Of a stretch of DNA of 64,000 bases, positions 37,319 through 52,100 are shown in pieces. Source of the DNA: Lytechinus pictus (lineage: Eukaryota); contig NC_087252.1 of the NCBI RefSeq assembly GCF_037042905.1, positions 15,936,001 to 16,000,000 of the forward strand, given 5' to 3'. Below the pieces are notes generated by a model. The model was not told the DNA's origin, made no database searches, and worked only from the letters and a program-made list of their open reading frames with translations. Each line of letters begins with the position of its first letter. The stretch's first letter is position 1. The position numbers were made by a program, and so were the translations under genes.

Positions 37319-39449
37319 TGAAAATATGAACAACATCATAAATGTCACTTACAAAAATGATGCCAGCGAGAAGCTCGCGCTTATAATTTTTGATATTGAT
37401 GACAGGACTGTATCTAAATGAAAAATAATGCGAGCGCATTTGCGCTTAAGAATTGAATTTCGGACTTGAAAAGTCCGACAGATTACCTATACTTTTAAAA
37501 AAGGAATGACCTCCAGAATTCAAGCGCGAAGCGCCAGTAGATTTTTGTTGAAGTTTAGACCTAGAACAGGGACGTTGAACCTTTATAATCATTAAAAAGA
37601 TGGTATTTTTATACATAAAACATGGAAGTCCAATTTTGTTTTAGTGTTAATATTTAGATCTTCAAACTTGACATTTTTCTATCCCCTTCATCATTCTCTC
37701 TTTCTCTCCCTTTCCCCATTTTCGTTCTCCCTTTTCTTCTCTCCCTTTCCCTTCCTTTTTTTTTGCTTTTCCTTTCCCTTCTTTTCTTTCCTATCTCCCT
37801 CCCCTACTCTTTTCTCGCTCTTTACATTTTTCTTTCCCTCTCCCTTCCCCTCTTCCTTTCCTTTGTTTTCTTTCTATTTTATGGTCTCCTTTTCCCTCCC
37901 ACTCCTCTACCTTTCCCCCTCCCCTTCTGTCTTTTCTTGTCTCTCCTTCCCTTTCCCGCACCTCCATTCCCTTTGATTTCTCGCTTTTCCTTTCCCTTCT
38001 TTTCTTTCCTTTCTCCCTCCCCTACTGTTCTCGCTCTTTCCATTTTTCTTTTCCCCTCCCTTTCCTTCTTCTTTCCCCTCTTCCTTTCCTTCGTTTTCTT
38101 TCTATTTTATGGTCTCCTTTTCCCCTCTCTCTACCTTTCCCCCTCCCCTTTTCCTTTCCCTTTCCCTCTCCTTTTTTGTGCAAACATTAACATGAACATC
38201 TTGCTTCCTACACACACACACAAACGCCCGCAATCTAACACACGTAATGCGAAACAATCGGGACATTATCATTTTGTTCATATACAGTGCGTCCCAGAAA
38301 AAACGAAACCGAGATTTAGCGATGATTTATCATAACTTAATCACAAATAAAATAGATAAATGACCTACCAATGTAAAGCTTAGAATCTCCTCTTTCATCT
38401 GATATTACTTAGATTATTCCTTATTCACGCATGAGTGAGCAAAAACAATTTGAAGAAAGGATACCAAAAACTCATTTGGCGGGGGGGGGGTATCTGAATT
38501 TCAAAAATTTGAAATTTGAAATTTGGTACAATTTATTATGCACCTACGACTTGAATTGAGAATGTTCGATAGGAAAAATTCGCATTTCGATTGTTGTTTG
38601 CTTAATTTCCACCGCAGTATGAAGGATGACTAAGGACAGATCGAACAAAGTATCCTGTTTGAGAATTGGAGGTAAGCGATAAAAACACTTTTATAAATAA
38701 TTTCCAATTCCTTTTTAAAATGAACTAAATCATACGATCAAGATTAACATAGTGGAAAAATATTGAAAGGTTTGACATTTTTTAGTCCCTCACATTCGTG
38801 TGATGAATGAAAACGTCAAAATGCACTATGAAATCACATGCGTTGTGCGAGGTTAGTATACTAACCTCGCATGTTGTGTGAGTGACTCTCTGGAAGCCTC
38901 CTGGACAGGACGTTCCTACGGCTACCGGGGGCCGATTGCATGAAAGGGTCTTTGCAAGGATTGTCTTTCGTGTCGCCCATTTTTTATGATGCGCCATGTG
39001 AAACTCATCTGAAATAAATTATCTGCAAACACATTTTATACATATTATTTGTTTATAAAATGATGTGCTATCTTATGAAATTGTATAAGATTTTATTCAA
39101 AAGCAAGCTTACAAATTTTGTTTGTCTATCTCAAATTTCACAAACACCCCGCTTATAGCGCATCATAAAAGATGGGCGACCCGAAAGACGGTCCTTAGAA
39201 AGACCCTTTCGTGCAATACGGCCCCTGTAGCCTACGTATCGCTCATCTCGCAATCTCGGGTCCGTTGCAGAAAGAGTTGCGTTTAAACGCAAGTCAAAAA
39301 ATCAATCGCAAGTCCCAAATGCGCGATGTTGATTGGTTGAAAATCATGTTGCGCATGATTTTTAGAGTTGCGATTGATTGCAACTCTTTCTGCAACGCCC
39401 GGGGCCCTCGTCATGCAACGGCCAACAGGCCCCAGCTTTATGAAACGAC

Positions 39450-39943
39450 TAGCCTGGAGGCGTCTGGGGAGTGAAAGACATATACTGTACGTATGGTCCC
39501 TCCCCTAACGCCTGGGAGCCTAAGCTATATTCCCACACGCACGGGTACAAAACCTGAAACTTTCGCCCCCGAGATTTCTACTTTCCCTCTAAAAGATCTA
39601 GCCCTAAAACATGTACATGGAGTTAAACTTCATTCCCAACATTTCTGCGATATTGATTACATTTTTAAAGAAGAATTCATGAAAAAAAAACGAGAAAAAT
39701 GTTATGAAAAGATGAGAGAGCTTACGGCCGTGTTTACGTCGCCATCTTGATTTCTTTGTCTTCCGCTTGGCGACAGCAAGCAATCGCGTGCTGATTGCGT
39801 GCTGAGGGCAAGTAGAAATCTCGGGGGCGAAAGTTTCAGGTTTTGTACCCGTGCGTGTGGGAATATAGCTTAGGCTCCCAGGCGTTAGGGGAGGGACCAT
39901 ACGTACAGTATATGTCTTTCACTCCCCAGACGCCTCCAGGCTA
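39450..39943. mobile_element. TAG-terminated MITE with ~135-bp TIRs and 8-bp TSD (hAT- or AcademH-like); copies at 43534-44027 and (interrupted) 48512-57848
   Basis: gaaacgac|tagcctggagg ... cctccaggcta|gaaacgac. Confidence 0.8.
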
Positions 39944-40133
39944 GAAACGACCCCCAGTATTACCAGAGGCGGTACGCCGGCCCGTGCCGCGTTGAACTTA
40001 CGGTACCCGCAAACCATGGCATTGCCACTACTACACAGTTGCATTGTTGGCATCGCACAATCGTAAGCGCTAGTTTCCAATCTCTCTTTAACAAATCAGA
40101 CTCTTCTTTAAACTACAACCACAAGGAGCTTAC

Positions 40134-40353
40134 CACATAATGAACTTTAGGCTGTTCCCAAATATAGTCCTACCAGGTTAACGCATAAAAAAGCACGAAA
40201 TTGGTGTTTCTCTGCCGGAGACGACTCAGTCGATCTGCCATGTTATCTCATTAGCCCTCTACGTTCATCTGCATCCAGGGGCGTCTAGGCTAGCTAGCTA
40301 GCTAGCTGTGCTGCGCATGCGCTGCATGCAGGCCAGGCAGCAGGGGATTCCCC
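40134..40353 (-). promoter_or_regulatory. Candidate promoter / first exon (also ~44218-44437 and ~58039-58258)
   Basis: kB-like GGGGATTCCCC 40343-40353, NRF1-type TGCGCATGCGC 40312-40322, then a minus-strand donor TG|GTAAGC at 40134/40133. Confidence 0.35.
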
Positions 40354-40557
40354 TGATGGCCTTATGATACAACCCAGGGGGGGGGGGGGGTTGCAGAAAA
40401 GTTATCATCAATCATGATAACTTTGCCATCCAGTAATTAACTTCCCTGAAATTTTCATTTTGATTGGCTTTCAAGGATTGTTGACGTGGTATTGGCGATC
40501 ATGGTAATTATTTCTCCTTTCGATTGTCGCGATATGATCGCACACACTAAATCTATA

Positions 40558-41279
40558 GAGTGCGTCCAAAGAAAAAACGAAACCGAGATTTAGCGATGAT
40601 TTATCATAACTTAATCATAAATACAATATAGACAAATGACCTACCAATTATGTAAAGCTTAGAAGGATTGTTGACATTGTATTAGCGATCAAACTCATTT
40701 CAAAAAGAAAATCACATGCCTAAAAAGTTCAATATCTGCTCTTTTATTTGATACCTAATCACAGATGGTCAAGAAGTAAAAAAAGTGATGTTCCCTCGAA
40801 GCAATGCTTGTATGTCCATAATTTCATTAAATAAACGTGTTTTCACCGGTTTCCCACAGAAGCTTTCGCACGGTTAACAAAAGACTTACGGCATGGCTGA
40901 TTGTCAACAAAACGGAGTGTCAAGTGAGTTTGAAAGCTAGCCTGTAGAACCGTCAAGCCTTATTTAAAATAACCAGAACATTGTTATTTCTGGACCATTT
41001 TCTGTAATTGAGGAATCAAATTAAAGAGCAGATATTGAACTTTTTTTAAATGTGGTTTTCTTTTTGAAACCCAGATACAGCCCGCCAAATGACTTTTTGG
41101 TATTCCCTCTTCAAATTGTTTTTGCTCTCTCATGCGTGAATGTGAAATAATCTAAGTGATTTCAGATGAAAGAAGAAATTCTAAGCTTTACATTGATAGG
41201 TCTTTTGTCTATAGTCTTTGTGAATAAGCTATAATAAATCATCGCTAAATCTCGGTTTCGTTTTTTCTGGGACGCACTG
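40558..41279. mobile_element. CAGTGCGTCCCA-family MITE, rearranged (also ~44642-45363 and ~58462-59783)
   Basis: Homology to 24924-25753; ends tgggacgcactg|ta. Confidence 0.8.
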
Positions 41280-44200
41280 TATAAAGATGAGATCATCATT
41301 CAACATATATACATGCAAAGAGGGGGGGGGACCTTCAAGGAGCTGAGCTTGTCCCAAAAGGAGTACATGGCATGAAATTTTAACAAGTTTAAGAGAGATT
41401 AAAGGTAAAAACGACCTAGTAAAGAACTTCATAAAATTATGTGAGACGGTGTGAGGGAATATGTACAATTAAGCCATAACGGAGATGATATCTACAAAGG
41501 GAAAAGGGGGACGAAGGATGGATCGAGAGGGAGAGAAAACTTTCGGACTTGAAAAGTCCGACAGATTACCTATACTTTTAAAAAAGGAATGACCTCCAGA
41601 ATTCAAGCGCGAAGCGCCAGTAGATTTTTGTTGAAGTTAAGACCTAGAACAGGGACGTTGAACCTTTATAATCATTAAAAAGATGGTATTTTTATACATA
41701 AAACATGGAAGTCCAATTTTGTTTTAGTGTTAATATTTAGATCTTCAAACTTGACATTTTTCTATCCCCTTCATCATTCTCTCTTTCTCTCCCTTTCCCC
41801 ATTTTCGTTCTCCCTTTTCTTCTCTCCCTTTCCCTTCCTTTTTTTTTTGCTTTTCCTTTCCCTTCTTTTCTTTCCTATCTCCCTCCCCTACTCTTTTCTC
41901 GCTCTTTACATTTTTCTTTCCCTCTCCCTTCCCCTCTTCCTTTCCTTTGTTTTCTTTCTATTTTATGGTCTCCTTTTCCCTCCCACTCCTCTACCTTTCC
42001 CCCTCCCCTTCTGTCTTTTCTTGTCTCTCCTTCCCTTTCCCGCACCTCCATTCCCTTTGATTTCTCGCTTTTCCTTTCCCTTCTTTTCTTTCCTTTCTCC
42101 CTCCCCTACTGTTCTCGCTCTTTCCATTTTTCTTTTCCCCTCCCTTTCCTTCTTCTTTCCCCTCTTCCTTTCCTTCGTTTTCTTTCTATTTTATGGTCTC
42201 CTTTTCCCCTCTCTCTACCTTTCCCCCTCCCCTTTTCCTTTCCCTTTCCCTCTCCTTTTTTGTGCAAACATTAACATGAACATCTTGCTTCCTACACACA
42301 CACACAAACGCCCGCAATCTAACACACGTAATGCGAAACAATCGGGACATTATCATTTTGTTCATATACAGTGCGTCCCAGAAAAAACGAAACCGAGATT
42401 TAGCGATGATTTATCATAAATTAATCACAAATAAAATAGATAAATGACCTACCAATGTAAAGCTTAGAATCTCCTCTTTCATCTGATATTACTTAGATTA
42501 TTCCTTATTCACGCATGAGTGAGCAAAAACAATTTGAAGAAAGGATACCAAAAACTCATTTGGCGGGGGGGGGGTATCTGAATTTCAAAAATTTGAAATT
42601 TGAAATTTGGTACAATTTATTATGCACCTACGACTTGAATTGAGAATGTTCGATAGGAAAAATTCGCATTTCGATTGTTGTTTGCTTAATTTCCACCGCA
42701 GTATGAAGGATGACTAAGGACAGATCGAACAAAGTATCCTGTTTGAGAATTGGAGGTAAGCGATAAAAACACTTTTATAAATAATTTCCAATTCCTTTTT
42801 AAAATGAACTAAATCATACGATCAAGATTAACATAGTGGAAAAATATTGAAAGGTTTGACATTTTTTAGTCCCTCACATTCGTGTGATGAATGAAAACGT
42901 CAAAATGCACTATGAAATCACATGCGTTGTGCGAGGTTAGTATACTAACCTCGCATGTTGTGTGAGTGACTCTCTGGAAGCCTCCTGGACAGGACGTTCC
43001 TACGGCTACCGGGGGCCGATTGCATGAAAGGGTCTTTGCAAGGATTGTCTTTCGTGTCGCCCATTTTTTATGATGCGCCATGTGAAACTCATCTGAAATA
43101 AATTATCTGCAAACACATTTTATACATATTATTTGTTTATAAAATGATGTGCTATCTTATGAAATTGTATAAGATTTTATTCAAAAGCAAGCTTACAAAT
43201 TTTGTTTGTCTATCTCAAATTTCACAAACACCCCGCTTATAGCGCATCATAAAAGATGGGCGACCCGAAAGACGGTCCTTAGAAAGACCCTTTCGTGCAA
43301 TACGGCCCCTGTAGCCTACGTATCGCTCATCTCGCAATCTCGGGTCCGTTGCAGAAAGAGTTGCGTTTAAACGCAAGTCAAAAAATCAATCGCAAGTCCC
43401 AAATGCGCGATGTTGATTGGTTGAAAATCATGTTGCGCATGATTTTTAGAGTTGCGATTGATTGCAACTCTTTCTGCAACGCCCGGGGCCCTCGTCATGC
43501 AACGGCCAACAGGCCCCAGCTTTATGAAACGACTAGCCTGGAGGCGTCTGGGGAGTGAAAGACATATACTGTACGTATGGTCCCTCCCCTAACGCCTGGG
43601 AGCCTAAGCTATATTCCCACACGCACGGGTACAAAACCTGAAACTTTCGCCCCCGAGATTTCTACTTTCCCTCTAAAAGATCTAGCCCTAAAACATGTAC
43701 ATGGAGTTAAACTTCATTCCCAACATTTCTGCGATATTGATTACATTTTTAAAGAAGAATTCATGAAAAAAAAACGAGAAAAATGTTATGAAAAGATGAG
43801 AGAGCTTACGGCCGTGTTTACGTCGCCATCTTGATTTCTTTGTCTTCCGCTTGGCGACAGCAAGCAATCGCGTGCTGATTGCGTGCTGAGGGCAAGTAGA
43901 AATCTCGGGGGCGAAAGTTTCAGGTTTTGTACCCGTGCGTGTGGGAATATAGCTTAGGCTCCCAGGCGTTAGGGGAGGGACCATACGTACAGTATATGTC
44001 TTTCACTCCCCAGACGCCTCCAGGCTAGAAACGACCCCCAGTATTACCAGAGGCGGTACGCCGGCCCGTGCCGCGTTGAACTTACGGTACCCGCAAACCA
44101 TGGCATTGCCACTACTACACAGTTGCATTGTTGGCATCGCACAATCGTAAGCGCTAGTTTCCAATCTCTCTTTAACAAATCAGACTCTTCTTTAAACTAC

Positions 44201-46452
44201 AACCACAAGGAGCTTACCACATAATGAACTTTAGGCTGTTCCCAAATATAGTCCTACCAGGTTAACGCATAAAAAAGCACGAAATTGGTGTTTCTCTGCC
44301 GGAGACGACTCAGTCGATCTGCCATGTTATCTCATTAGCCCTCTACGTTCATCTGCATCCAGGGGCGTCTAGGCTAGCTAGCTAGCTAGCTGTGCTGCGC
44401 ATGCGCTGCATGCAGGCCAGGCAGCAGGGGATTCCCCTGATGGCCTTATGATACAACCCAGGGGGGGGGGGGGGTTGCAGAAAAGTTATCATCAATCATG
44501 ATAACTTTGCCATCCAGTAATTAACTTCCCTGAAATTTTCATTTTGATTGGCTTTCAAGGATTGTTGACGTGGTATTGGCGATCATGGTAATTATTTCTC
44601 CTTTCGATTGTCGCGATATGATCGCACACACTAAATCTATAGAGTGCGTCCAAAGAAAAAACGAAACCGAGATTTAGCGATGATTTATCATAACTTAATC
44701 ATAAATACAATATAGACAAATGACCTACCAATTATGTAAAGCTTAGAAGGATTGTTGACATTGTATTAGCGATCAAACTCATTTCAAAAAGAAAATCACA
44801 TGCCTAAAAAGTTCAATATCTGCTCTTTTATTTGATACCTAATCACAGATGGTCAAGAAGTAAAAAAAGTGATGTTCCCTCGAAGCAATGCTTGTATGTC
44901 CATAATTTCATTAAATAAACGTGTTTTCACCGGTTTCCCACAGAAGCTTTCGCACGGTTAACAAAAGACTTACGGCATGGCTGATTGTCAACAAAACGGA
45001 GTGTCAAGTGAGTTTGAAAGCTAGCCTGTAGAACCGTCAAGCCTTATTTAAAATAACCAGAACATTGTTATTTCTGGACCATTTTCTGTAATTGAGGAAT
45101 CAAATTAAAGAGCAGATATTGAACTTTTTTTAAATGTGGTTTTCTTTTTGAAACCCAGATACAGCCCGCCAAATGACTTTTTGGTATTCCCTCTTCAAAT
45201 TGTTTTTGCTCTCTCATGCGTGAATGTGAAATAATCTAAGTGATTTCAGATGAAAGAAGAAATTCTAAGCTTTACATTGATAGGTCTTTTGTCTATAGTC
45301 TTTGTGAATAAGCTATAATAAATCATCGCTAAATCTCGGTTTCGTTTTTTCTGGGACGCACTGTATAAAGATGAGATCATCATTCAACATATATACATGC
45401 AAAGAGGGGGGGGGACCTTCAAGGAGCTGAGCTTGTCCCAAAAGGAGTACATGGCATGAAATTTTAACAAGTTTAAGAGAGATTAAAGGTAAAAACGACC
45501 TAGTAAAGAACTTCATAAAATTATGTGAGACGGTGTGAGGGAATATGTACAATTAAGCCATAACGGAGATGATATCTACAAAGGGAAAAGGGGGACGAAG
45601 GATGGATCGAGAGGGAGAGAAAACTTTCGGACTTGAAAAGTCCGACAGATTACCTATACTTTTAAAAAAGGAATGACCTCCAGAATTCAAGCGCGAAGCG
45701 CCAGTAGATTTTTGTTGAAGTTAAGACCTAGAACAGGGACGTTGAACCTTTATAATCATTAAAAAGATGGTATTTTTATACATAAAACATGGAAGTCCAA
45801 TTTTGTTTTAGTGTTAATATTTAGATCTTCAAACTTGACATTTTTCTATCCCCTTCATCATTCTCTCTTTCTCTCCCTTTCCCCATTTTCGTTCTCCCTT
45901 TTCTTCTCTCCCTTTCCCTTCCTTTTTTTTTTGCTTTTCCTTTCCCTTCTTTTCTTTCCTATCTCCCTCCCCTACTCTTTTCTCGCTCTTTACATTTTTC
46001 TTTCCCTCTCCCTTCCCCTCTTCCTTTCCTTTGTTTTCTTTCTATTTTATGGTCTCCTTTTCCCTCCCACTCCTCTACCTTTCCCCCTCCCCTTCTGTCT
46101 TTTCTTGTCTCTCCTTCCCTTTCCCGCACCTCCATTCCCTTTGATTTCTCGCTTTTCCTTTCCCTTCTTTTCTTTCCTTTCTCCCTCCCCTACTGTTCTC
46201 GCTCTTTCCATTTTTCTTTTCCCCTCCCTTTCCTTCTTCTTTCCCCTCTTCCTTTCCTTCGTTTTCTTTCTATTTTATGGTCTCCTTTTCCCCTCTCTCT
46301 ACCTTTCCCCCTCCCCTTTTCCTTTCCCTTTCCCTCTCCTTTTTTGTGCAAACATTAACATGAACATCTTGCTTCCTACACACACACACAAACGCCCGCA
46401 ATCTAACACACGTAATGCGAAACAATCGGGACATTATCATTTTGTTCATATA

Positions 46453-47266
46453 CAGTGCGTCCCAGAAAAAACGAAACCGAGATTTAGCGATGATTTATCA
46501 TAAATTAATCACAAATAAAATAGATAAATGACCTACCAATGTAAAGCTTAGAATCTCCTCTTTCATCTGATATTACTTAGATTATTCCTTATTCACGCAT
46601 GAGTGAGCAAAAACAATTTGAAGAAAGGATACCAAAAACTCATTTGGCGGGGGGGGGGGGTATCTGAATTTCAAAAAGAAAATCACAAGTCTTAAAAGTT
46701 CAATATCTGGTCTTTAATTTGATACCTCAATTACAGAAAATGGTCAGGAAATAACAAAGTTCTGGTTATTTGAAATAAGGCTTGAATTTCCTTAATTTCA
46801 TTAAATAACCTGTTTTCACCGGTTTCCCACAGAAGCTATCGCATGGTTAACAAAAGACTCAATGCATGGCTGATCGTCAACAAAACGGAGTGCCGATTGA
46901 ATTTTAACGCTAGCCTGTAAAACCTCAAATTATTGAAATTCAAGCTTTATTTCAAATAACCAGAACTTTGTTATTTCTTGACCATTTTCTGTAATTGAGG
47001 TATCAAATTAAAGAGCAGATATTGAACTTTTGAAAAATGTGGTTTTCCTTTTGAAAGCCAGATACAACCCGCCAAATGACTTTTTGGTATCCCCTCTTCA
47101 AATTGTTTTTGCTCACCCATGCGTGAAGGAGAAATAATCTAAGTAATATCAAATGAAAGAGGAGATTCTACGCTTTACATTGGTAGGTCATTTGTCTATT
47201 TTATTTGTGATTAAGTTATGATAAATCATCGCTAAATCTTGGTTTCGTTTTTTCTGGGACGCACTG
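46453..47266. mobile_element. Full-length CAGTGCGTCCCA-family MITE (truncated at 38285-38507 and 42369-42590 in the other units)
   Basis: ta|cagtgcgtccca ... tgggacgcactg. Confidence 0.85.
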
Positions 47267-47268
47267 TT

Positions 47269-47324
<56 letters not shown>

Positions 47325-49199
47325 ATATATGTATATTTTCTCAATGAACATTTTCATCTATTTAAAGCTTTGAAAATTATTAAACAATGATTCCATAGGC
47401 AAAATCTAAATGATCATTAGGAAGGTACTTTACCCATTTTCATTCTATGTCATTGTGATTATTCCATACTAAGGCAACATATTTTGGATCTAAAAATATG
47501 TGAAGGAATGTTCCTCTTCTGTTTTATACACTAGCGTACCTACAGGGGGGGGTGGGGGGCAGGGGGCTCGATTTGAAATTTGGTACAATTTATTATGCAC
47601 CTACGACTTGAATTGAGAATGTTCGATAGGAAAAATTCGCATTTCGATTGTTGTTTGCTAAATTTCCACCGCAGTATGAAGGATGACTAAGGACGGATCG
47701 AACAAAGTATCCTGGTTGAGATTTGGAGGTATGCGATAAAAACACTTTTATAAATAATTTCCAATTCCTTTTTAAAATGAACTAAATCATACGATCAAGA
47801 TTAACATAGTGGAAAAATATTGAAAGGTTTGACGTTTTTTAGTCCCTCACATTCGTGTGATGAATGAAAACGTCAAAATGCACTATGAAATCACATGCGT
47901 TGTGCGAGGTTAGTATACTAACCTCGCATGTTGTGTGAGTGACTCTCTGGAAGCCTCCTGGCTAGGACGTTCCTACGGCTACCGGGGGCCGATTGCATGA
48001 AAGGGTCTTTGCAAGGATTGTCTTTCGTGTCGCCCATTTTTTATGATGCGCCATGTGAAACTCATCTGAAATAAATTATCTGCAAACACATTTTATACAT
48101 ATTATTTGTTTATAAAATGATGTGCTATCTTATGAAATTGTATAAGATTTTATTCAAAAGCAAGCTTACAAATTTTGTTTGTCTATCTCAAATTTCACAA
48201 ACACCCCGCTTATAGCGCATCATAAAAGATGGGCGACCCGAAAGACGGTCCTTAGAAAGACCCTTTCGTGCAATACGGCCCCTGTACTGTAGCCTACGTA
48301 TCGCTCATCTCGCAATCTCGGGTCCGTTGCAGAAAGAGTTGCGTTTAAACGCAAGTCAAAAAATCAATCGCAAGTCCCAAATGCGCGATGTTGATTGGTT
48401 GAAAATCATGTTGCGCATGATTTTTAGAGTTGCGATTGATTGCAACTCTTTCTGCAACGCCCGGGGCCCTCGTCATGCAACAGCCAACAGGCCCCAGCTT
48501 TATGAAACGACTAGCCTGGAGGCGTCTGGGGAGTGAAAGGCAATTACCGTAAGTAACGGTGTATTAACCGCACCTTTTTCTCGGCGGGACAGAATCAAAA
48601 GTCGGGGGTGCGGTTTATACACGGTGACAGGTCTGAGCCAAGCCAATCTCAGCCCGATACCACTACCACTACCAGTTTTCAACTCGCGTCGGGTGGCCGA
48701 GCGTAGCCGCTTGGGGCAATCCCGTTTAGAGGGGTATGAGCCGCGGGTATAAAAGGGAAGCAACTATGACTACCGGTATTTGCCGTAAATGTCCCTCAAA
48801 GTTATATCACGGTAACAAACGCACCTACCTTCATGAAACTGACTTTTTTTAATGGTGTGACTCTGTCTTTGTTGTCATTTTTTAGTCATCGCGGCAAAGT
48901 TCAGACGCCAATCGATCGCACAGCGCGGTGCAGCTAGCCGAATAAGACATGCATGTGTAATGTTTATTGCAACGTCAACGTAAGCTGGCGCTTTACCTTT
49001 CCGTGGAAGTTATTTTGTTTGACAAATTATTGGTATTATTTGACAATTAATTTCTTTCATTTGCCTTTCCTTCATTTCTCTCTATCATCCATCATCTCAA
49101 AATCAATCTTCAATCCCCATCTTCACTCCTTCCGACTTTTTATTTTTAATTATTATTCACTTTATTCCCGCCCAGAGCTCCCATTGAAAATACGGTATA

Positions 49200-52100
49200 T
49201 AGTAGACCGGCCAAAACGATTTTTTATACTTTGGACGGCAAAATTTGTTAATGCTTGCTAATGCTTGGCATCCCAGCTAATAATCTTGCAAAAATACTCA
49301 GGAATGGCGTACGGCCGGATGCCAAGCGCAATTTTGCGTGAAAGTGTCATTTTTAGCGTAAAATCTGAAAGAATTTCGAAAATCACGCATTTTGATATTT
49401 TGACGGATTATCATCATATTTTTTATTATCTTTGATATGCAATTATTTTTATTCAGAGTTTTAAATTATAAGTTTCATAAATATGCATTTCAAATTTGAA
49501 TATTACACACACATATATAGCACAGGGAAACATAAAACCGCGATTTCCTCAAAATAAAAGTTTGTGAAAACTATCAATAGTTTAAAGTTTTTTACGCAAC
49601 TTAAATTCTTCGATTTAAATGCGTTTCTTAATTAAATGTATAGTAAATGTCCTAATGTCACAAATATTAAAAGAATTTTCAAGTAAGATGGAAGATATCT
49701 CATGTTATGTTATCCGAAAGGAGACAATGTGCATTTTACAAGGTGCGCATTTTGAAAGAAAAATTGAAAATACCGTACATTATGTACATAATTACATGTA
49801 TAAACATACTAAAGCGAGTTTTTAATTACATGTATATAAGCACACTAAAGCGAGTTTTTAATTGAATAGCACAATTTGTCAATTATTTGCATCCCAGCTC
49901 AAATTCTTGCGGAAATACTGAGGAATAACGTACGGGCGGATGCCAAGTGCACTTTTGCGTGAAAGTATCATTTTTAGCGTGAAATCTGAAAGACTGTCGA
50001 AAATCACGCATTTTGATATTTTGACGGATTATCATCATATTTTTTATTATCTTTGATATGGAATTATTTTTATTTAGAGTTACAAATTATAAGTCTACTA
50101 AATATGTATTTCAATTTGGAATATTACACACACATATATGGCAATATGACATAAAAATCGTGATTTACTCAAAATAGAAGTTTTTTAACACTATCAATAG
50201 TTCTAAGTTTTTTTTACAACTTAAATTCTTCGATTTAAATTGGTTCATCTATTGAATATCGATCGTTTCTAATGTCACAAATATTAAAAGAATTTTCAAG
50301 TAAGTTGGAAGAAATATTTTCCGAATGGGGGCATGCCAAATTTAGCGGGGAGGGGGGGGGGGCATTTTGAATGTAAAATTGACGATACTGTAAATTATTA
50401 ACATAATTACATGAATAAGTACATACTTAAAACGAGTTACAAAATTTCTGGCCGCAACTGCCTCTTCCCCCCCCCCCTCCCCCCGCTGCCTAAGGTCATG
50501 TGTAGTGTCCGAAAGGATTACATGGAGCTGAAAGTATCCCGTTTTCAAGATAATATACCACTAGCGTAAAGGGGGGGGGGGGCAGACTGCCCCCCCCCCC
50601 CGACGAGTCACAACTCATGCAGAGAACGTACCCCTGCCCCCCCCCCCCCTGACGATTTTTTTTTTCTGGTACAAAATCCTTTATTTGTGGTTAAAAACCT
50701 TTTTTTCTTTGCTTGTAACTTTTTTTCGCGGACGAAATATCCTCCAAAGAAATTGCCCCCCCCTTTGGAAAATCCTGGGTACGCCGCTGTAATATACCCC
50801 AAGTATTCTGCTCGCGATTCGAGCGTATATTTTATTGTGGTTTAGCGAGATAGGCACCCTACACGGGATTACAAAAAGATGGCAAATAAATTTTCGACTC
50901 GAGCTTCGCGCTGGCATTAATATATGAGATAAACAACTTGCTATCTGTTAAAAAAAAAAAAACCTTGCTTGAAGTGTCAACTTCTCAGAATCCAGTCGCA
51001 TCCAGTCCATTATTAAATAAATGTGAATACTGTATGTCCAATCTTTAGCTCTTAGTCTCTCCCAATTTTAGCTCGCGCTTTTGCGCTAACGTTTTTGTTA
51101 AGTAAGATATTCATCCTTTTCTACATTAAAAACATGTTTAAAATCCTTCGTTTAATTCGACATTTTCAGTTCACGCTTCGCGCTTGCATCAAATGCTATA
51201 ATTGAATACTGATCATTGTTCATGATTTGACGATTTTTGTTTTACCTCATTTGCTAAGAAAGCGTGAATGCTTCTAAGCAAGCAACCAGATAAGCAACCA
51301 GATAAGCAAGCAACCAAGCAAGCCATCGGTCGATGACTTAAGGTACTCTCCGAGGGACCTATAGGATTAAAATGCCTTACTACCATTTAAATGCCTTACT
51401 TGGCACTAGCGCGCCAAGTGGAAATCGAACCCAGGCCACCGGAATCCGAAACCCCCTCACTACCGATTGAGCTATCGCGCCTTAGAATGTTTCGTTTCTA
51501 ATTTTAAAAAAAAAGCCAGCTCGGCTTGTGCTGGATTTTTTTAAAAACAGATACATAACATTCTTTATTTCAAAACGTCATCAAAATGTCCAGTTTACGG
51601 ATTGGAATATAAAAATCAGATTGCGTTTCGCGCTTGCATCAATAGCCTATATATCATTTTTTGAAAATATGTATTAAATGCTCAGTTTTCACGTCAGAAT
51701 ATTAAAAATTTCTGAAATTTTTAACATTACATTACATGTTCATGATTACACTTACGAATTGTGTAACTTTCTAACTTTCAGCTCTAAATTTCATGGCATG
51801 TTATAAAAATGCTTGCGCTTCGCGCTCGCATTATTCAAACGGGCCTTGTCAGATAATTAATCGTGCTTGTGAGAATAAAGCTAATATGTACTTAATGATA
51901 AATACTTGATGAATCAATCTATTTTGGTACCCCCTGCAAAATACCAAGCCCCGCCCCCGTGCTCCTCTGCTGACAAAATCCTAGCTACGCTGCTGGTGAG
52001 TGAGCTGACTGACCAAGTCTTTTAAGCAAAAGCCTTAATTTAGGGAAGAATTTGTGTTTATTAATTAAAAAAAATGGTTAAAATTACATTATTTACATTC

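Noticed and set aside
37644..46503. 190-230-aa hydrophobic 'membrane protein' ORFs repeated three times
   Set aside because: CT-rich low-complexity DNA running into a MITE; repetition is due to the tandem duplication
51410..51482. Possible tRNA gene (also 12814-12880)
   Set aside because: A/B boxes are present but no complete cloverleaf; the context is a SINE or HINE
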